From Eledone cirrhosa (lineage: Eukaryota), in contig OZ024748.1 in NCBI GenBank assembly GCA_964016885.1, forward strand, positions 7,316,001 to 7,380,000: 64,000 bases of DNA, in the 5' to 3' direction. The notes beneath the pieces were generated by a model. That model ran no database searches, was not told where the DNA came from, and saw only the letters and a list, made by a program, of their open reading frames with translations. The stretch's first letter is position 1; each line of letters opens with the position of its first letter. This document shows positions 1 to 19,749 of this stretch, in pieces. The position numbers and the translations under genes were made by a program.

Positions 1-330
1 TTGTAAAAACTTCAATATAAAATATGTAAAATCGTAATAAGCAATAAACATAAAAAGATTTTATATTATATACAAATGCCTGTATACAATAGAAATATGC
101 ATATACAATGTATAATATATATGTGCATTCGCACATAACCATATATAAAATATATATGTGTAAAACCCATGAATATGTGTATGAATATGTATGTATATTT
201 ATATACTATTTTATAAATGTAAATATATGTATAGATAGATATATATGTGTGTATGTATGTGTACATATATATATGTATACATATATATAAATATTATATA
301 TATATACATATATGTATTTATGATATATAT

Positions 331-371
<41 letters not shown>

Positions 372-802
372 TTATAATATATATACATATATATTTATTC
401 ATATATATGGGTGTATAATATACATATTATGCATGCATATATTATATAGATACATTGTATATTATATTAAAATAACAGATTAAAGTTTAAGCAAAGAATC
501 GGTGCTTTCACACTTAACGGGATCTTCTGTTACTAAAAAAAAATCAATCGGTGAACAATTAATAAATATTGGCTCTAGGGTTCATACATATTTGATATAT
601 ATTTATCCACATTTATTATTATTACGATTATATATTTATATATATTTATTTGTATATAATATATATATATATATACATATATATTTAATATATATTTTAA
701 ACATAATATATATATATTATTATATAAATATATATGTATATATAATATACATATACATACATATTTATTTATTATATATTTGTATATATTATATATAAAT
801 AC

Positions 803-842
<40 letters not shown>

Positions 843-901
843 CATATAATTATTCGCAAAAATTACATAATATATCATATAAACATATATGTACATGTAT
901 A

Positions 902-935
<34 letters not shown>

Positions 936-1021
936 ATTGTAATAGTTATTATATACACAAATAAATGCACAAATATAATTTAATAAAATATCATAGAATT
1001 CAGGATCCTCCATTATTATAG

Positions 1022-1113
<92 letters not shown>

Positions 1114-1181
1114 CCCCCGAGTTCGCTCTGTCCGAGCGAAAGTATACTCACAAAAACATAGATTCACACACACATACACAC

Positions 1182-1221
<40 letters not shown>

Positions 1222-1345
1222 TATACGCACACACACAGATGCTTATACATACATTTTTCAATCACCGCCCGACGAAGCGGCGTGTTACACGAAATATATT
1301 GGCGTCACAAATTGAACTATGCACCTATATAAACTCACAAAATGC

Positions 1346-1402
<57 letters not shown>

Positions 1403-1415
1403 ATGTATATGTATA

Positions 1416-1488
<73 letters not shown>

Positions 1489-1544
1489 TTATATGTATAC
1501 ATATATAAATATATATATATTCATATTAACATATATATATATGT

Positions 1545-1569
1545 ATGTATATAGATATTGTATGTAGAA

Positions 1570-1611
<42 letters not shown>

Positions 1612-1738
1612 TCAACAATGATATATATATATATATGACATATATATATATATATATATATACATAAAGATGTACACACGCACACACACACATGTATGTA
1701 TGTATGTATGTATGTATGTATGTATGTATGTATGTATG

Positions 1739-1773
<35 letters not shown>

Positions 1774-1774
1774 G

Positions 1775-1808
<34 letters not shown>

Positions 1809-1897
1809 TATATACATACATATGTGTGTGTATGCGTGTGTACATCTTTATGTATATATATATATATGTCATATATATATATATATATCAATGTTGA

Positions 1898-1939
<42 letters not shown>

Positions 1940-1964
1940 TTCTACATACAATATCTATATACAT
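1545..1964. repeat. Fold-back inverted repeat interrupted by microsatellites
   Basis: Left arm gtatatagatattgtatgtagaatgat..atttatattcaaca..atgacat..acataaagatgtacacacgca is mirrored by tgcgtgtgtacatctttatgt..atgtcat..tgttgaatataaat..atcattctacatacaatatctatatac. Confidence 0.85.
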
Positions 1965-1991
1965 ATATATATATATATATATCATTGTTGA

Positions 1992-2028
<37 letters not shown>

Positions 2029-2149
2029 TACACGCATGAATATATATATATATATATATCGTACGTATATGTGTGTGCGCGCGCTTACATTAACACACAC
2101 ACACATGTATATATATGTGTGTGTGTGTGTGAACGTAAACGCGCGGATA

Positions 2150-2198
2150 CACGTCGAAACGGCTTGAGCTCTGCCGTCGGGGCCATACTTTCTCCTAT
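2150..2198 (+). mobile_element. Short repeat family B fragment (3' half of a hammerhead-like motif, Penelope-end-like)
   Basis: GAAA-CGGC-ttgagctct-GCCG-TC at 2156-2178. Homologous to 10256-10341, 53657-53810 and 57834-58028. Confidence 0.6.
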
Positions 2199-2208
2199 AT
2201 ATATATAT

Positions 2209-2248
<40 letters not shown>

Positions 2249-2418
2249 TATATAATATATATATATAATATATATATATAATATATATATATAATATATA
2301 TATATAATATATATATATAATATATAATATATATATTTTATATATAATATATAATAAACATATATAATATATATACATATATATAATATATATATACATA
2401 TATGAGTGTGTTTGTGTA

Positions 2419-2454
<36 letters not shown>

Positions 2455-2535
2455 CATATATTTATTTACATATATATATACATATAATTATATTTATTTA
2501 TATATATATATATATATATACATATATATATTTAT

Positions 2536-2570
<35 letters not shown>

Positions 2571-3003
2571 CACACACACACAAGTATAAATAAATATACA
2601 TAACAACATCATATAAATAATATCTTATATTAATATGTATATTATAATTTACATACGTGCTGGATATAAACAGACCCGCGAAAACTTAGGAATTGAAAAA
2701 AATAGGTAATCTTGAATATAGACGATAGTTTATAGTTGTATAAATAGGGGATATCAGCTGTGTGATATCTGACAGTAGAATGATAGTAAATTAGCCAGTG
2801 GTTTGTGATAGCTGTATGTTATTATCACAGTGGTTGTGTCGTTGATTACAGCCTCTGTGATTTAGCTGCAAGAATTACACGTGTACATTTGACGTTTATT
2901 TTCATTATTCGGTTGAACGTTTAATATAAACATACACTTGCATGAATATACGACCAGATTTTTACCACTTACACATATACAACTCACATAATATGTGTGT
3001 ATA

Positions 3004-3056
<53 letters not shown>

Positions 3057-3156
3057 TTGTGTTTGTGTTTGTGTGTGTGTTTATATATATACATACATAT
3101 ATTCATATATATACAGACATAATAAATATATCCATATATATACATATATTCAAATA

Positions 3157-3196
<40 letters not shown>

Positions 3197-3508
3197 CACA
3201 TGTATACATACAAATATTCATCTATCTCTCTCTCTATATATATACATACACATATATATATACATACACATATATATATACATATATATACATACACACA
3301 CATATATATATACATACACATATATATATACATATATATACATACACATATATACATACACATTCATATATACATATTCATATATATATATATATTTATA
3401 TATATATTTATATTCATATATATTCATATTCATATATATATATATATTTATATTCATATATATTTATATTCATATATATATATATATTTATATTCATATA
3501 TATTTATA

Positions 3509-3544
<36 letters not shown>

Positions 3545-4004
3545 TATATATATATATATTCATATTCATTTATATTCATATATATATATATAAATATATA
3601 TATATACATACATATATATTTATATATATATATATATTCATATATATATACATACATATACACATAAATTTATATATATATTCATATATATACATAGATA
3701 TACGCATATATTTATATATTCCTATTGCCGTGAATGTCAAGAAAATACCCATAATTAACTCCTGTTTTATAATTAATCAAGTAAATATATTCATCAGTTA
3801 ATATTTTAAACCGAACAATGAAATATTTCTCTCGCTAATAACATCGACTGCCATCCTTAGTTACTTCTAACTATTCTATTGCATTAATGTTGAAGTAAAA
3901 TTTTAGATTTGTGATACAACGACCGTCTAATGTTCATTGAAATAAACCTGCATATATTGCTGGGTGTTCGTGTATGTTCATAAATAATATTTATATGTAT
4001 ATGT

Positions 4005-4135
4005 TACGTCCCTTTAAGATCTGAGTTCAAATCCCACCGAGGTTGACTTTGCCTTTCATCCTTACGGGTTCGATAAAATAAAGTACCAGTAATGAACTGG
4101 GTATTTGCTGGCCTTGTGCCTAAAGTAGAAACAAA
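4005..4135 (+). mobile_element. tRNA-derived SINE with Meta-like central domain, 5'-truncated
   Basis: B-box gagttcaaatcc, then gaggttgactttgcctttcatccttacgggttcgataaaataaagtaccag and tail gctggccttgtgcctaaagtagaaacaa. At least 10 related copies in the window. Confidence 0.85.
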
Positions 4136-4188
4136 TATTTATATATATATGTGTGTGTGCGTATGCATGTATGTATGATTTATATTTA

Positions 4189-4259
<71 letters not shown>

Positions 4260-4381
4260 CTGTGTGTATGTGTGTGTGTGTTATAAATAAATAAAAATTA
4301 TCGCTCTAAAATAGAGGGTCTTTGCATAATTACAAACGAATCAAATATTATAAATATTTAAAAAATTCACATTACATTTAA

Positions 4382-4419
<38 letters not shown>

Positions 4420-4449
4420 ACACAAACTTACATATATGTATATAAGGAA

Positions 4450-4562
<113 letters not shown>

Positions 4563-4753
4563 TGTGTGTTTGTCTGTATGCCTATGAATGTATGCATATG
4601 CCGACATACATCCTAACATAAAATTAATATTTTACACACATACATAAAAATATTATAGAAATTTATAGCCAAAGTCTGATTAATTACAGTTCTAACATTG
4701 ACTTAAATAAAACACTGTTATATTGAAAATATAATATAAGTGTGCTGTGAATA

Positions 4754-4838
4754 ATTACGTATACACACTTTGATCACCTGTACAGGCAATATTTACTAGA
4801 ATGATGTTAAAGTGTGTATACATTTTTTGGGGACACTA
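4754..4838. mobile_element. Degenerate copy of Tc1/mariner-type MITE
   Basis: Ends in aagtgtgtatacattttttggggacact, matching the TIR of the 48331-48413 copy. Confidence 0.6.
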
Positions 4839-5065
4839 ATATGTGATAAACAAAGAAAAGGTGCAATGAATTACAGTCTAATACATAGTATATAGTAACA
4901 ATATAATTTGATGTTACTGGTTTATTAAACTGTTTTGATAAGCCGGGAACGTCACTGAAAGTTCGAAGTAAACGGTCACACTAGATAACAAATATTGTGT
5001 GTGTGTTTGTGTGCCCGTATATATCTATAAATATCTATATATATTATATATATATATTATATATA

Positions 5066-5114
<49 letters not shown>

Positions 5115-5739
5115 TATATATATATTATATATTATATATATATTATATATATTATATATATATATATATATTACATATATATATATTATATATATATTAT
5201 ATATATATATATATTACATATATATATATTATATATATATTATATATATATATATATTATATATATATATATTATATATATGTATATCTATATATATATA
5301 TACATATATATATATTATATATATATATATATTATATATATATATATATGTATATCTATATATATGTATATATATATAGATATATGTATATCTATATATA
5401 TATATATACATATATATAATATATATGTTTATCTATATATATATATACATATATATATACATATATATATACATTTATATATATTATATATTATACTTAT
5501 ATATAATATACATATATATGATTGTGTGTATATATATATATGTATACGTATATAAGCATATTCCTTATATATGGTGAGCTTTGTGCGTATTTCTCTGTAT
5601 TTATACATTTATATATATATATATGTGTATGTATATCTATATGTATGTATATGCATATATGTATAGTGTAGGTCGATACATAGAAATCTAAATATATATG
5701 TGTGTATAAATATATATATATATATATGTACGTATTTAC

Positions 5740-5830
<91 letters not shown>

Positions 5831-6148
5831 GGAGTAGATGAAGGGGAATACCTGTCGAAATCGGCCCGTTACTCCCTCATGTGATCACGTCATGTGATAA
5901 CTTACTCAATCTTTCAACTTTTATTTCACAGAATTACATGATGGAGTAAACAGAAGAAGATCAAAGAGGAGAGTGGGAAGACAAAATAGTCATTGAGAAG
6001 GCCACAGAATGTGTGACAAAAGAACCTTGACATTTAAGAATAACAAAAGCCAACCGCTTACTCAAATAATAGAGGAACAATAAAAATTAAATGTAAGTCA
6101 AATTTGTACGTTTGTTCTTATTGGCAACATGGCCAATGTGTGTGTGTG

Positions 6149-6223
6149 TCTAACCCCCCCCCCCCCCCTTATATATATCTCTCTCTTGAGTCCCGGGTTC
6201 AACATATATATATAATTCTGAGA

Positions 6224-6274
<51 letters not shown>

Positions 6275-6332
6275 CACTCAGAATTATGACTGGTAATTTT
6301 TCAATTCTCAATGCTTGAAGAGTACATGTATG

Positions 6333-6368
<36 letters not shown>

Positions 6369-6422
6369 CATACACTCTTCAAGCATTGAGAATTGAAAAA
6401 TTACCAGTCATAATTCTGAGTG

Positions 6423-6458
<36 letters not shown>

Positions 6459-6516
6459 CTCTCAGAATTATATATATATGTTGAACCCGGGACTCAAGAG
6501 AGAGAGGGGGGGTTAG
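6149..6516. repeat. Near-perfect ~370 bp palindrome centred on a (TA)n tract
   Basis: ctctcttgagtcccgggttcaac..ataacactcagaattatgactggtaatttttcaattctcaatgcttgaagagt is mirrored on the right. The internal (TA)n lengths differ between arms. Confidence 0.92.
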
Positions 6517-6913
6517 ATAGATAGATAGATAGATATACTAGGAAATGTTTTACAAGCCTCTTTATTTATTTATATCTCGAGATGACCGTGTAATCAAGTC
6601 GGTACTGGTGTTTGAATGTGAATATATCAAGGGAAAGATCCTACTTCACACACTCATATAAAAAGCTGGCTACTCTCAAATAAAACCACCCCACATTCAA
6701 CTGGTTTTCTTTTTATTATCGTTTCTAACTTATCTTCTTGGACATCAATACTTATATAGTTCAGGGTGGCTGCATACACCGACAAATGCCCCTTTTGACC
6801 AGCCAGCATCACAACTGACCACCGGCTAAGATATTTTTTATAATGTCTCGGGTATAAATAAATAAATACGTAGAGAAAGATATATAATAAATGATGTTTA
6901 TGTATGTGTATGT

Positions 6914-7360
<447 letters not shown>

Positions 7361-7397
7361 TTATTTCTCTACCCCTAAAATTATCAGAAATCCTATT

Positions 7398-7755
7398 CAC
7401 CACCCAGTCAGTCAAACAGGTATCTAACAACCAGCCAAACATCTAAGCAGCTAACCACCCAACCACTAAGTCAGTCATCCAACCATCCAGCCAACCAGCC
7501 AAACATTAAATATTTACCCAGCCAGATAGCCAGCCACCCAACTAACCAGCCACACAGCCACACGGTTAAATAAGCCATCCAGCCAACCAGCCACACACAC
7601 TGACATTCACGCAGCCAGCAAACCAGCCACCCGGTGAAATTACCATCCAGCCAACCAGCCAAACATTAAGTATTCAGCCAGCCAACAAGACTACCCAGCC
7701 TGCCACCAAACCAGCCAGCCAGCCGGTAAATTCCACCCCGCCACGGCCACCCCAG
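7398..7755. repeat. Degenerate (CCAG/CCAA)n low-complexity satellite
   Basis: Repeated ccagccaaccagcc motifs, with catccagccaaccagccaaacattaa present twice. Confidence 0.75.
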
Positions 7756-7819
7756 TAACAAATAACTTCGTTGTGATTTACGTTGAGTAAATAGATGTGT
7801 GGCGGTAAACATCACAAGA

Positions 7820-7861
<42 letters not shown>

Positions 7862-7991
7862 TGATAAAGAGGAGATAGAGAGAGAAGAGGTGATAAAGAG
7901 GAGATAGAGACAGATAGAGAGAGAAAGGTTAAGTAAATTGAGAGATGGCGATGAGCAGATACATTGAAATAGATATACGAGTAATAAACTG

Positions 7992-8031
<40 letters not shown>

Positions 8032-8311
8032 GAGAGAGAGAGAAAGAGAAAGAGAAAGAGAGAGAGAAAGAGAAAGAGAAAGAGAGAGAGTATCTGTGTT
8101 CTGCATTTAATATATATTGAGTCCTTCACGTATATATGTATATATACATACACACATACACACACACGCGCGCGCGGGCATACACATGTACATCGTTCAA
8201 GAGTCATTTTTGCCATTCAAAAATACAAATAACTGTTTTAAGTCCACTTAATCCAGATTATATTTAGTCCCCAGTTTTACGGCAGGGAATTGAAATAAAA
8301 CTAGGTTGTAT

Positions 8312-9058
8312 GTTCCTTATCATCCGTTCCCACAACATATGTGGTGGGTTCCACAATATTTCCTTATCCTTTCCCACCACTTATGTGGTGAGTGCCATAA
8401 ACGTTCACTATCATCCTATCCCACCACATATGTGGTGGGCCTCACAAATTTTCCTTATCCCTCTCTCCCAAAACTCGTAGTGGGTCGCACAATTTTTCCT
8501 TGTGACCCTTTTCCCAACTTATATAGTGTGACTCACAAATTTTATATAGTGTGACCCACAAATCATCCTCTCCCACCATTTATATAGGAGGCTCCACAAT
8601 TTTTATTTATGACCCTATATAGTGGTTCCCACAATTTTCCTTATCACCCTATCCCACAACCTCTGTTGTAGGTCCCACAATTTTCCTTATCACCCTATCC
8701 CACAACCTCTGTTGTAGGTCCCACAATTTTCCTTATGATCCTATCCGACAACATATGTTGTAGGTCCCACAATTTTCCTTATCACCCTATCCCACAACCT
8801 CTGTTGTAGGTCCCACAATTTTCCTTATGATCCTATCCGACAACATATGTTGTAGGTCCCACAATTTTCCTTATCACCCTATCCCACAACCTCTGTTGTA
8901 GGTCTCACAATTTTCCTTATGAACTTATCCCACAACATATGTTGTAGGTCCCACAATTTTCCTTATGAACCTATCCCACAACCTCTGTTGTAGGTCTCAC
9001 AATTTTCCTTATGAACCTATCCCACAATTTATGTTATAGTTCCTATATTTTTCCTTAT
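8312..9058. repeat. 46-bp minisatellite array (about 9 homogeneous plus about 7 diverged units)
   Basis: Unit cccacaattttccttatcaccctatcccacaacctctgttgtaggt with starts at 8628, 8674, 8720, 8766 and onward (46-bp period). Confidence 0.95.
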
Positions 9059-9576
9059 CGTGTAACCTCCTTACTGGCTCCTATATAGTCGTCCTCAATA
9101 CCAATTAAAATAGCGACTCAAGTTCTCTCCTTTGTTGTTAACAATATTTCCCAGTTATTTCCCTTCATATATAAAATAAAATAAATTATTCCATCATACT
9201 CGCCCTCGAAATATCGTTTTTATTGCATATTTCTAGTTTTTATTATGAAAAGAAAAAAGCAAAACAAACAAGACAAAATAAAACAAAATAAAATCGAGTG
9301 AGAAATGTTTTGTATTTTGTAAATATTTACATTTGTCTAGAAATAGATGTTAATTAGTTTGGTGTATGGTGGTTTTAGAAGGTGTAATTAAAATAAAATA
9401 GAAGAGGAAATATATTTGGTTTAGAAGAGAAGGGAAGTAACCGACAAATGTACGCCCACCACATGCACACATATATTTATGTGTATATACAAATATATAC
9501 ATATATATGCATGCATATATATATATATATAAATATAAATACATACACACACATACACACATATATATATATGTAT

Positions 9577-9608
<32 letters not shown>

Positions 9609-9720
9609 AGGTTTACATATACATAAACATAAAGTCATAGATATATATGTTGCAACCGGTCACGTTGTGGCTCAATGAGAAGTTAAGAAATTAAATAATC
9701 AGAACAATATATCATAAATC

Positions 9721-9867
9721 ATGTCCTTAGAATTATTAGATAAAATATATACCATTTCCTCTCCCAATTAGCATAATTAAACAAAATTTTTTTTTTTTTT
9801 ATATGCTTAATTATGCTAATTGGAAGAGGAAATGGTATATATTTTATCTAATAATTCTAAGTACATC
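9721..9867. repeat. ~60 bp inverted repeat with a poly-T spacer
   Basis: cttagaattattagataaaatatataccatttcctctcccaattagcataattaa versus ttaattatgctaattggaagaggaaatggtatatattttatctaataattctaag. Confidence 0.9.
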
Positions 9868-9910
9868 ATTTATGATATATATATATATATATATATATAC
9901 ATACACACAC

Positions 9911-9961
<51 letters not shown>

Positions 9962-10255
9962 ACAGTAATGCTACGTTTGACATTTGCCGAAAGGAAACAC
10001 TTCAATAATTATTCCTGTCTCTCTATTCTTACACTAAAACTTAGCAACACACCTGTTTAATTATATCGAGGTATATATTGTAAGGTGTGTAAATAATTTC
10101 AACAACACCAAATGCACCTGCTTAACAAGCATAGCTGTGGTTAAGATATTCACTTCAAAACTACATGGTTACATGTTCACTTCTTTGATGTGGTAGCTTG
10201 ATCAATAACTTGTGAAGAAAACTAGTATATATATATATATATATATATAAATATA

Positions 10256-10341
10256 TAGGAAAAAGTATGACCCGACGGCAGAGCTCAAGCCGTTTCTGGT
10301 GCGTTATGGTCCATCTGGTTCCTTACGACAACTCCTTCGTT
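10256..10341. mobile_element. Family B fragment with internal inversion
   Basis: Relative to the 57834-57960 copy, 10256-10297 lies in one orientation and is joined to the element 3' end (tctggtgcgttatggtccatctg..ccttcgt) in the other. Flanked by (TA)n. Confidence 0.7.
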
Positions 10342-16430
<6,089 letters not shown>

Positions 16431-16858
16431 AGAGAGAGACGGTGGAATTGAGGTAGACTTAGAAACTATATAAAGAGGAAAGCCCAGCAGAAGATAGAAA
16501 AATATATATAGAGAGAGAATATACGAGTAAAACCGAAACAAAAAAAAATAAGCAACGGAGAAGGTTTAGAGGAGGAGGGGGGGGGCTAGAATTTAAAACA
16601 AAAAACTAAGAAACCATGAAGACAATAAAAATAGAAAGCAAATGAATGAAAAGATAAGCTAATAGCAGACGTAAAAATACGTAAAAGTAAAATAGAATGG
16701 AAGAATAAAAGAATGAGGTAGTGATTAAGGAATAAAAGAATAACGTTATCTATTCGGGTTCATAGATTTTATAACATTCTAGAAGATATAAAAGAAGTTT
16801 GTTACGATCTGGAAATGGCGGCAGTTGGCAGTGAATGACTTACTGCCAACATAAACTA

Positions 16859-16909
<51 letters not shown>

Positions 16910-18195
16910 TATACACATACATACATAAAGACATGCATATACATACATACAGATATACTAGAATATAAATATACACACATATACATATACATATATATAT
17001 ATATGTAAGTATAGACATATATACATATCGCACACATATACATAAATCTACACATATATTCATACATAAATTCACTCATATATACATAAGTATACACATA
17101 CATACATACATAGACACACATATACAAAAATATATACATACATATACATAAATGTACATGAATATACACACAATTAGCCTTATTAAACCACACGCATGCA
17201 CACACACACACATATATGTATGTATATATATATATATATATATGTGTGTATATGTATATATATATATATAAATATATATATATATGTATGTGTATCTGTG
17301 TAATAAATATAAATATACAAATGTGTGTGTGTTTGTGTATAAATATATATGTGTATGTGTGTGTGTGTATGTATGTGTGTACATAAAGTCAGTAACTCTA
17401 TTATATTAAGTGTTGTTAAAGTAGCTATTGTTACAGTATAGTTGTGTAATTGTTATGTTCTTATTTACTGACAATATATCTCAATATAGCGGAAATAAAG
17501 GATCTTATGATGACTAGCAGGTCGATATTATTTGCTAGAAATAGCAGTTAAAATACTGTGCAGAGAAATGAAGAAAGTGTAAAGTATTTGCTTATGTAAA
17601 CCAGACAGAGGAATAGCTGTATAGTTTGTGATATTTGGGCGGGAAGGGAGGAGCACAACAGCCCTTGTCTAGCTCTGACTACCTGCTGGAATATCCGCCA
17701 CATACGTAGCAGTAAAGAAGGTTACCCACCCCACGAATGCTATCAACAAATATTGTGGCCTGTTCATATTATTTCAACTAGTTTATATTAATAGGACTGA
17801 AACATGGATTTCAGAAATAAACTAGAGCTAAACACACACACACACTCAGACACAGATATATCTAGTGGTCCTGTTAGTTGATAGATGTAACTCCTGTGTA
17901 ACAAGACCCACCAAATCCTCATGATTATATATATATATATATATATATATAAAGTTTTTCCAAATTGAAGGATGAGTATTTTAAACTTTATTTTATCAAG
18001 AGTTAAGGCTCTATTGATTTTTCCCTGGATTTCACTAAATTCTGTGGATGAATCTATATCCTGATTCTCTTTGAGTTGAGTTTGAATTATTTTTCCCACA
18101 TCTTACGTTAACTATTTTTCCCATGTTGATGCTATAGTCACTTATATATTATGGAATACTGTTGCCTTTTTGCTACAATGTTTTCTATACCTTTC

Positions 18196-18236
<41 letters not shown>

Positions 18237-18311
18237 CGACAGAAAACAAAAACAATAACGAAGAGTGCAGTACAATGTTAATATTAGGTTCACGGTTGAG
18301 AGTGGGGGTGG

Positions 18312-18350
18312 GGGACGACGTTTCAGGCATAAGCCCTTCATCAGGAGAAA
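18312..18350 (-). ncRNA. Minimal hammerhead-like motif without convincing stem I
   Basis: Minus strand reads ctc-CTGATGA-agggcttatgcct-GAAA-cgtc-GTC. A related decayed copy is at 59540-59572. Confidence 0.4.
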
Positions 18351-18384
18351 TATATATATATATATATATAAATATAAATATATA

Positions 18385-18483
18385 AATCGTTTTTTATTGG
18401 CAGCTTGACCTCGCAAAGTATAACAATATCTGTTTCAACACACCTTTTCAGATAAGAAATTTTGCGAAACAAATACGAAACGA
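18385..18483 (-). mobile_element. Short repeat family C (decayed hammerhead-like motif followed by AATAAA)
   Basis: Minus strand tat-CTGAAAA-ggtgtgtt-GAAA-cagatatt-GTT-ata...gccAATAAA. Homologous to 39758-39861. Confidence 0.5.
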
Positions 18484-19016
18484 AGTGTGTGTGTGCGTGT
18501 GCGTGTGCGTGTGCGTGTGCGTGTGTAAAAATAAATATAAAGTGCGCCAAGCAGCCGAAATATACGTTAAAATTATATCCGAATAAAAACAGTGTGGGCA
18601 TAAAATATAGTTCATAATATATATCTTAACTAACACGAGCTCTAGTTATATGCAAATTAGTTCGCCCATTTCACAATACTACTATGAACGAATGAGTATA
18701 TAAGAAGTGTCTTTGTGGTTGCTTGGATGATATACAGGTCTTCTGATGAGAGTCCAACTAGGTCCGATAATCGATTAAAAAGTGTTAAGCATTTTTTTTT
18801 TCAATTTACAGGGAAATTCTTATTTCTTGCGTATTTATATAACTATATATTAAACATGTATATATTTATATATTCATATATTTATATGATCGTTTCTAGT
18901 TTTGTTTAAGAATGTCTTACGAATGCAACTTCATGCGATACAGGACGTTAACATACATCTCCAAACTGAAACAGAAACTTGAAAAGCCAAAATAATAATA
19001 ATAATAATAATAATAA

Positions 19017-19431
19017 AAACTAAAACTGGAACACAATAGACCTGACCTGGTGGTTGTGAACAAAGAAAAAAGATCGTGCCTGATTGTAGATGAGGCCTGC
19101 CCATTCGACACGAGAGTGCAAGAGAAGGAGAGGGAGAAAATTAACCGATACCAGGACTTAAAGTGGGAGGTAAAAAGGATTTGGAACTGCCATGAAGTCA
19201 AAGTGATCCCGATTGTCATAGGCGCACTGGGGACTATCTCCAAAAGTTTCCAGGGATGGTTAAAGAAAATCGGCCCCTTCACGCTTTTTGGAACACTTCA
19301 AAAGGCATGCTTGCTGGGAACAGCAAGAACCCTCCGATACGTCCTGAATATCTGAGGCTGCAGGTAGTGGCTTGATATTCATTCCAACAAACTTTCCAGT
19401 TAACTAACATCAATGACTGAGACTCAAGGAG
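19017..19431 (+). mobile_element. 5'-truncated R4/Dong-clade non-LTR retrotransposon 3' end (RLE domain plus 3'UTR)
   Basis: Frame of ORF 19050-19355 extended upstream reads KLEHNRPDLVVVNKEKRSCLIVDEACPFD..KEREKINRYQDL..VIPIVIGALG, the PD..D restriction-like endonuclease motif of R4/Dong elements. Flanked on both sides by (AAT)n. Confidence 0.88.
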
Positions 19432-19438
19432 TAATAAC

Positions 19439-19488
<50 letters not shown>

Positions 19489-19749
19489 TTTCTTTATTAA
19501 CCACAAGGGTTTACATAAAGTAGACATTAAGGACAGTGCAGGACAATGCAGGACGGTACAAATGGGCATTTCTGCGTGTAAAAAAAACAAAAATAGAGGA
19601 TGTAACAAAAATAACAATGAAAATAACAATGAAAAATTCCCCAATAGGGGGGAGACTTCGGAGGGACATTTGTGGAGAAAGCCCAGTAAAAAGCCACAAT
19701 GACCCTGACCACCAAGGCAAGTGCCCTCTCCCAGTTTTCCACCTTTAGT

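Noticed and set aside
8312-9058. CRISPR-like appearance (regular period with internal palindrome)
   Set aside because: Units are contiguous tandem copies with no unique spacers, no cas genes, and a eukaryotic context.
18743-18772. CTGATGA-gagtccaactaggtcc-GATA as a hammerhead
   Set aside because: GAAA core broken, poor stem II, no stem I or III.
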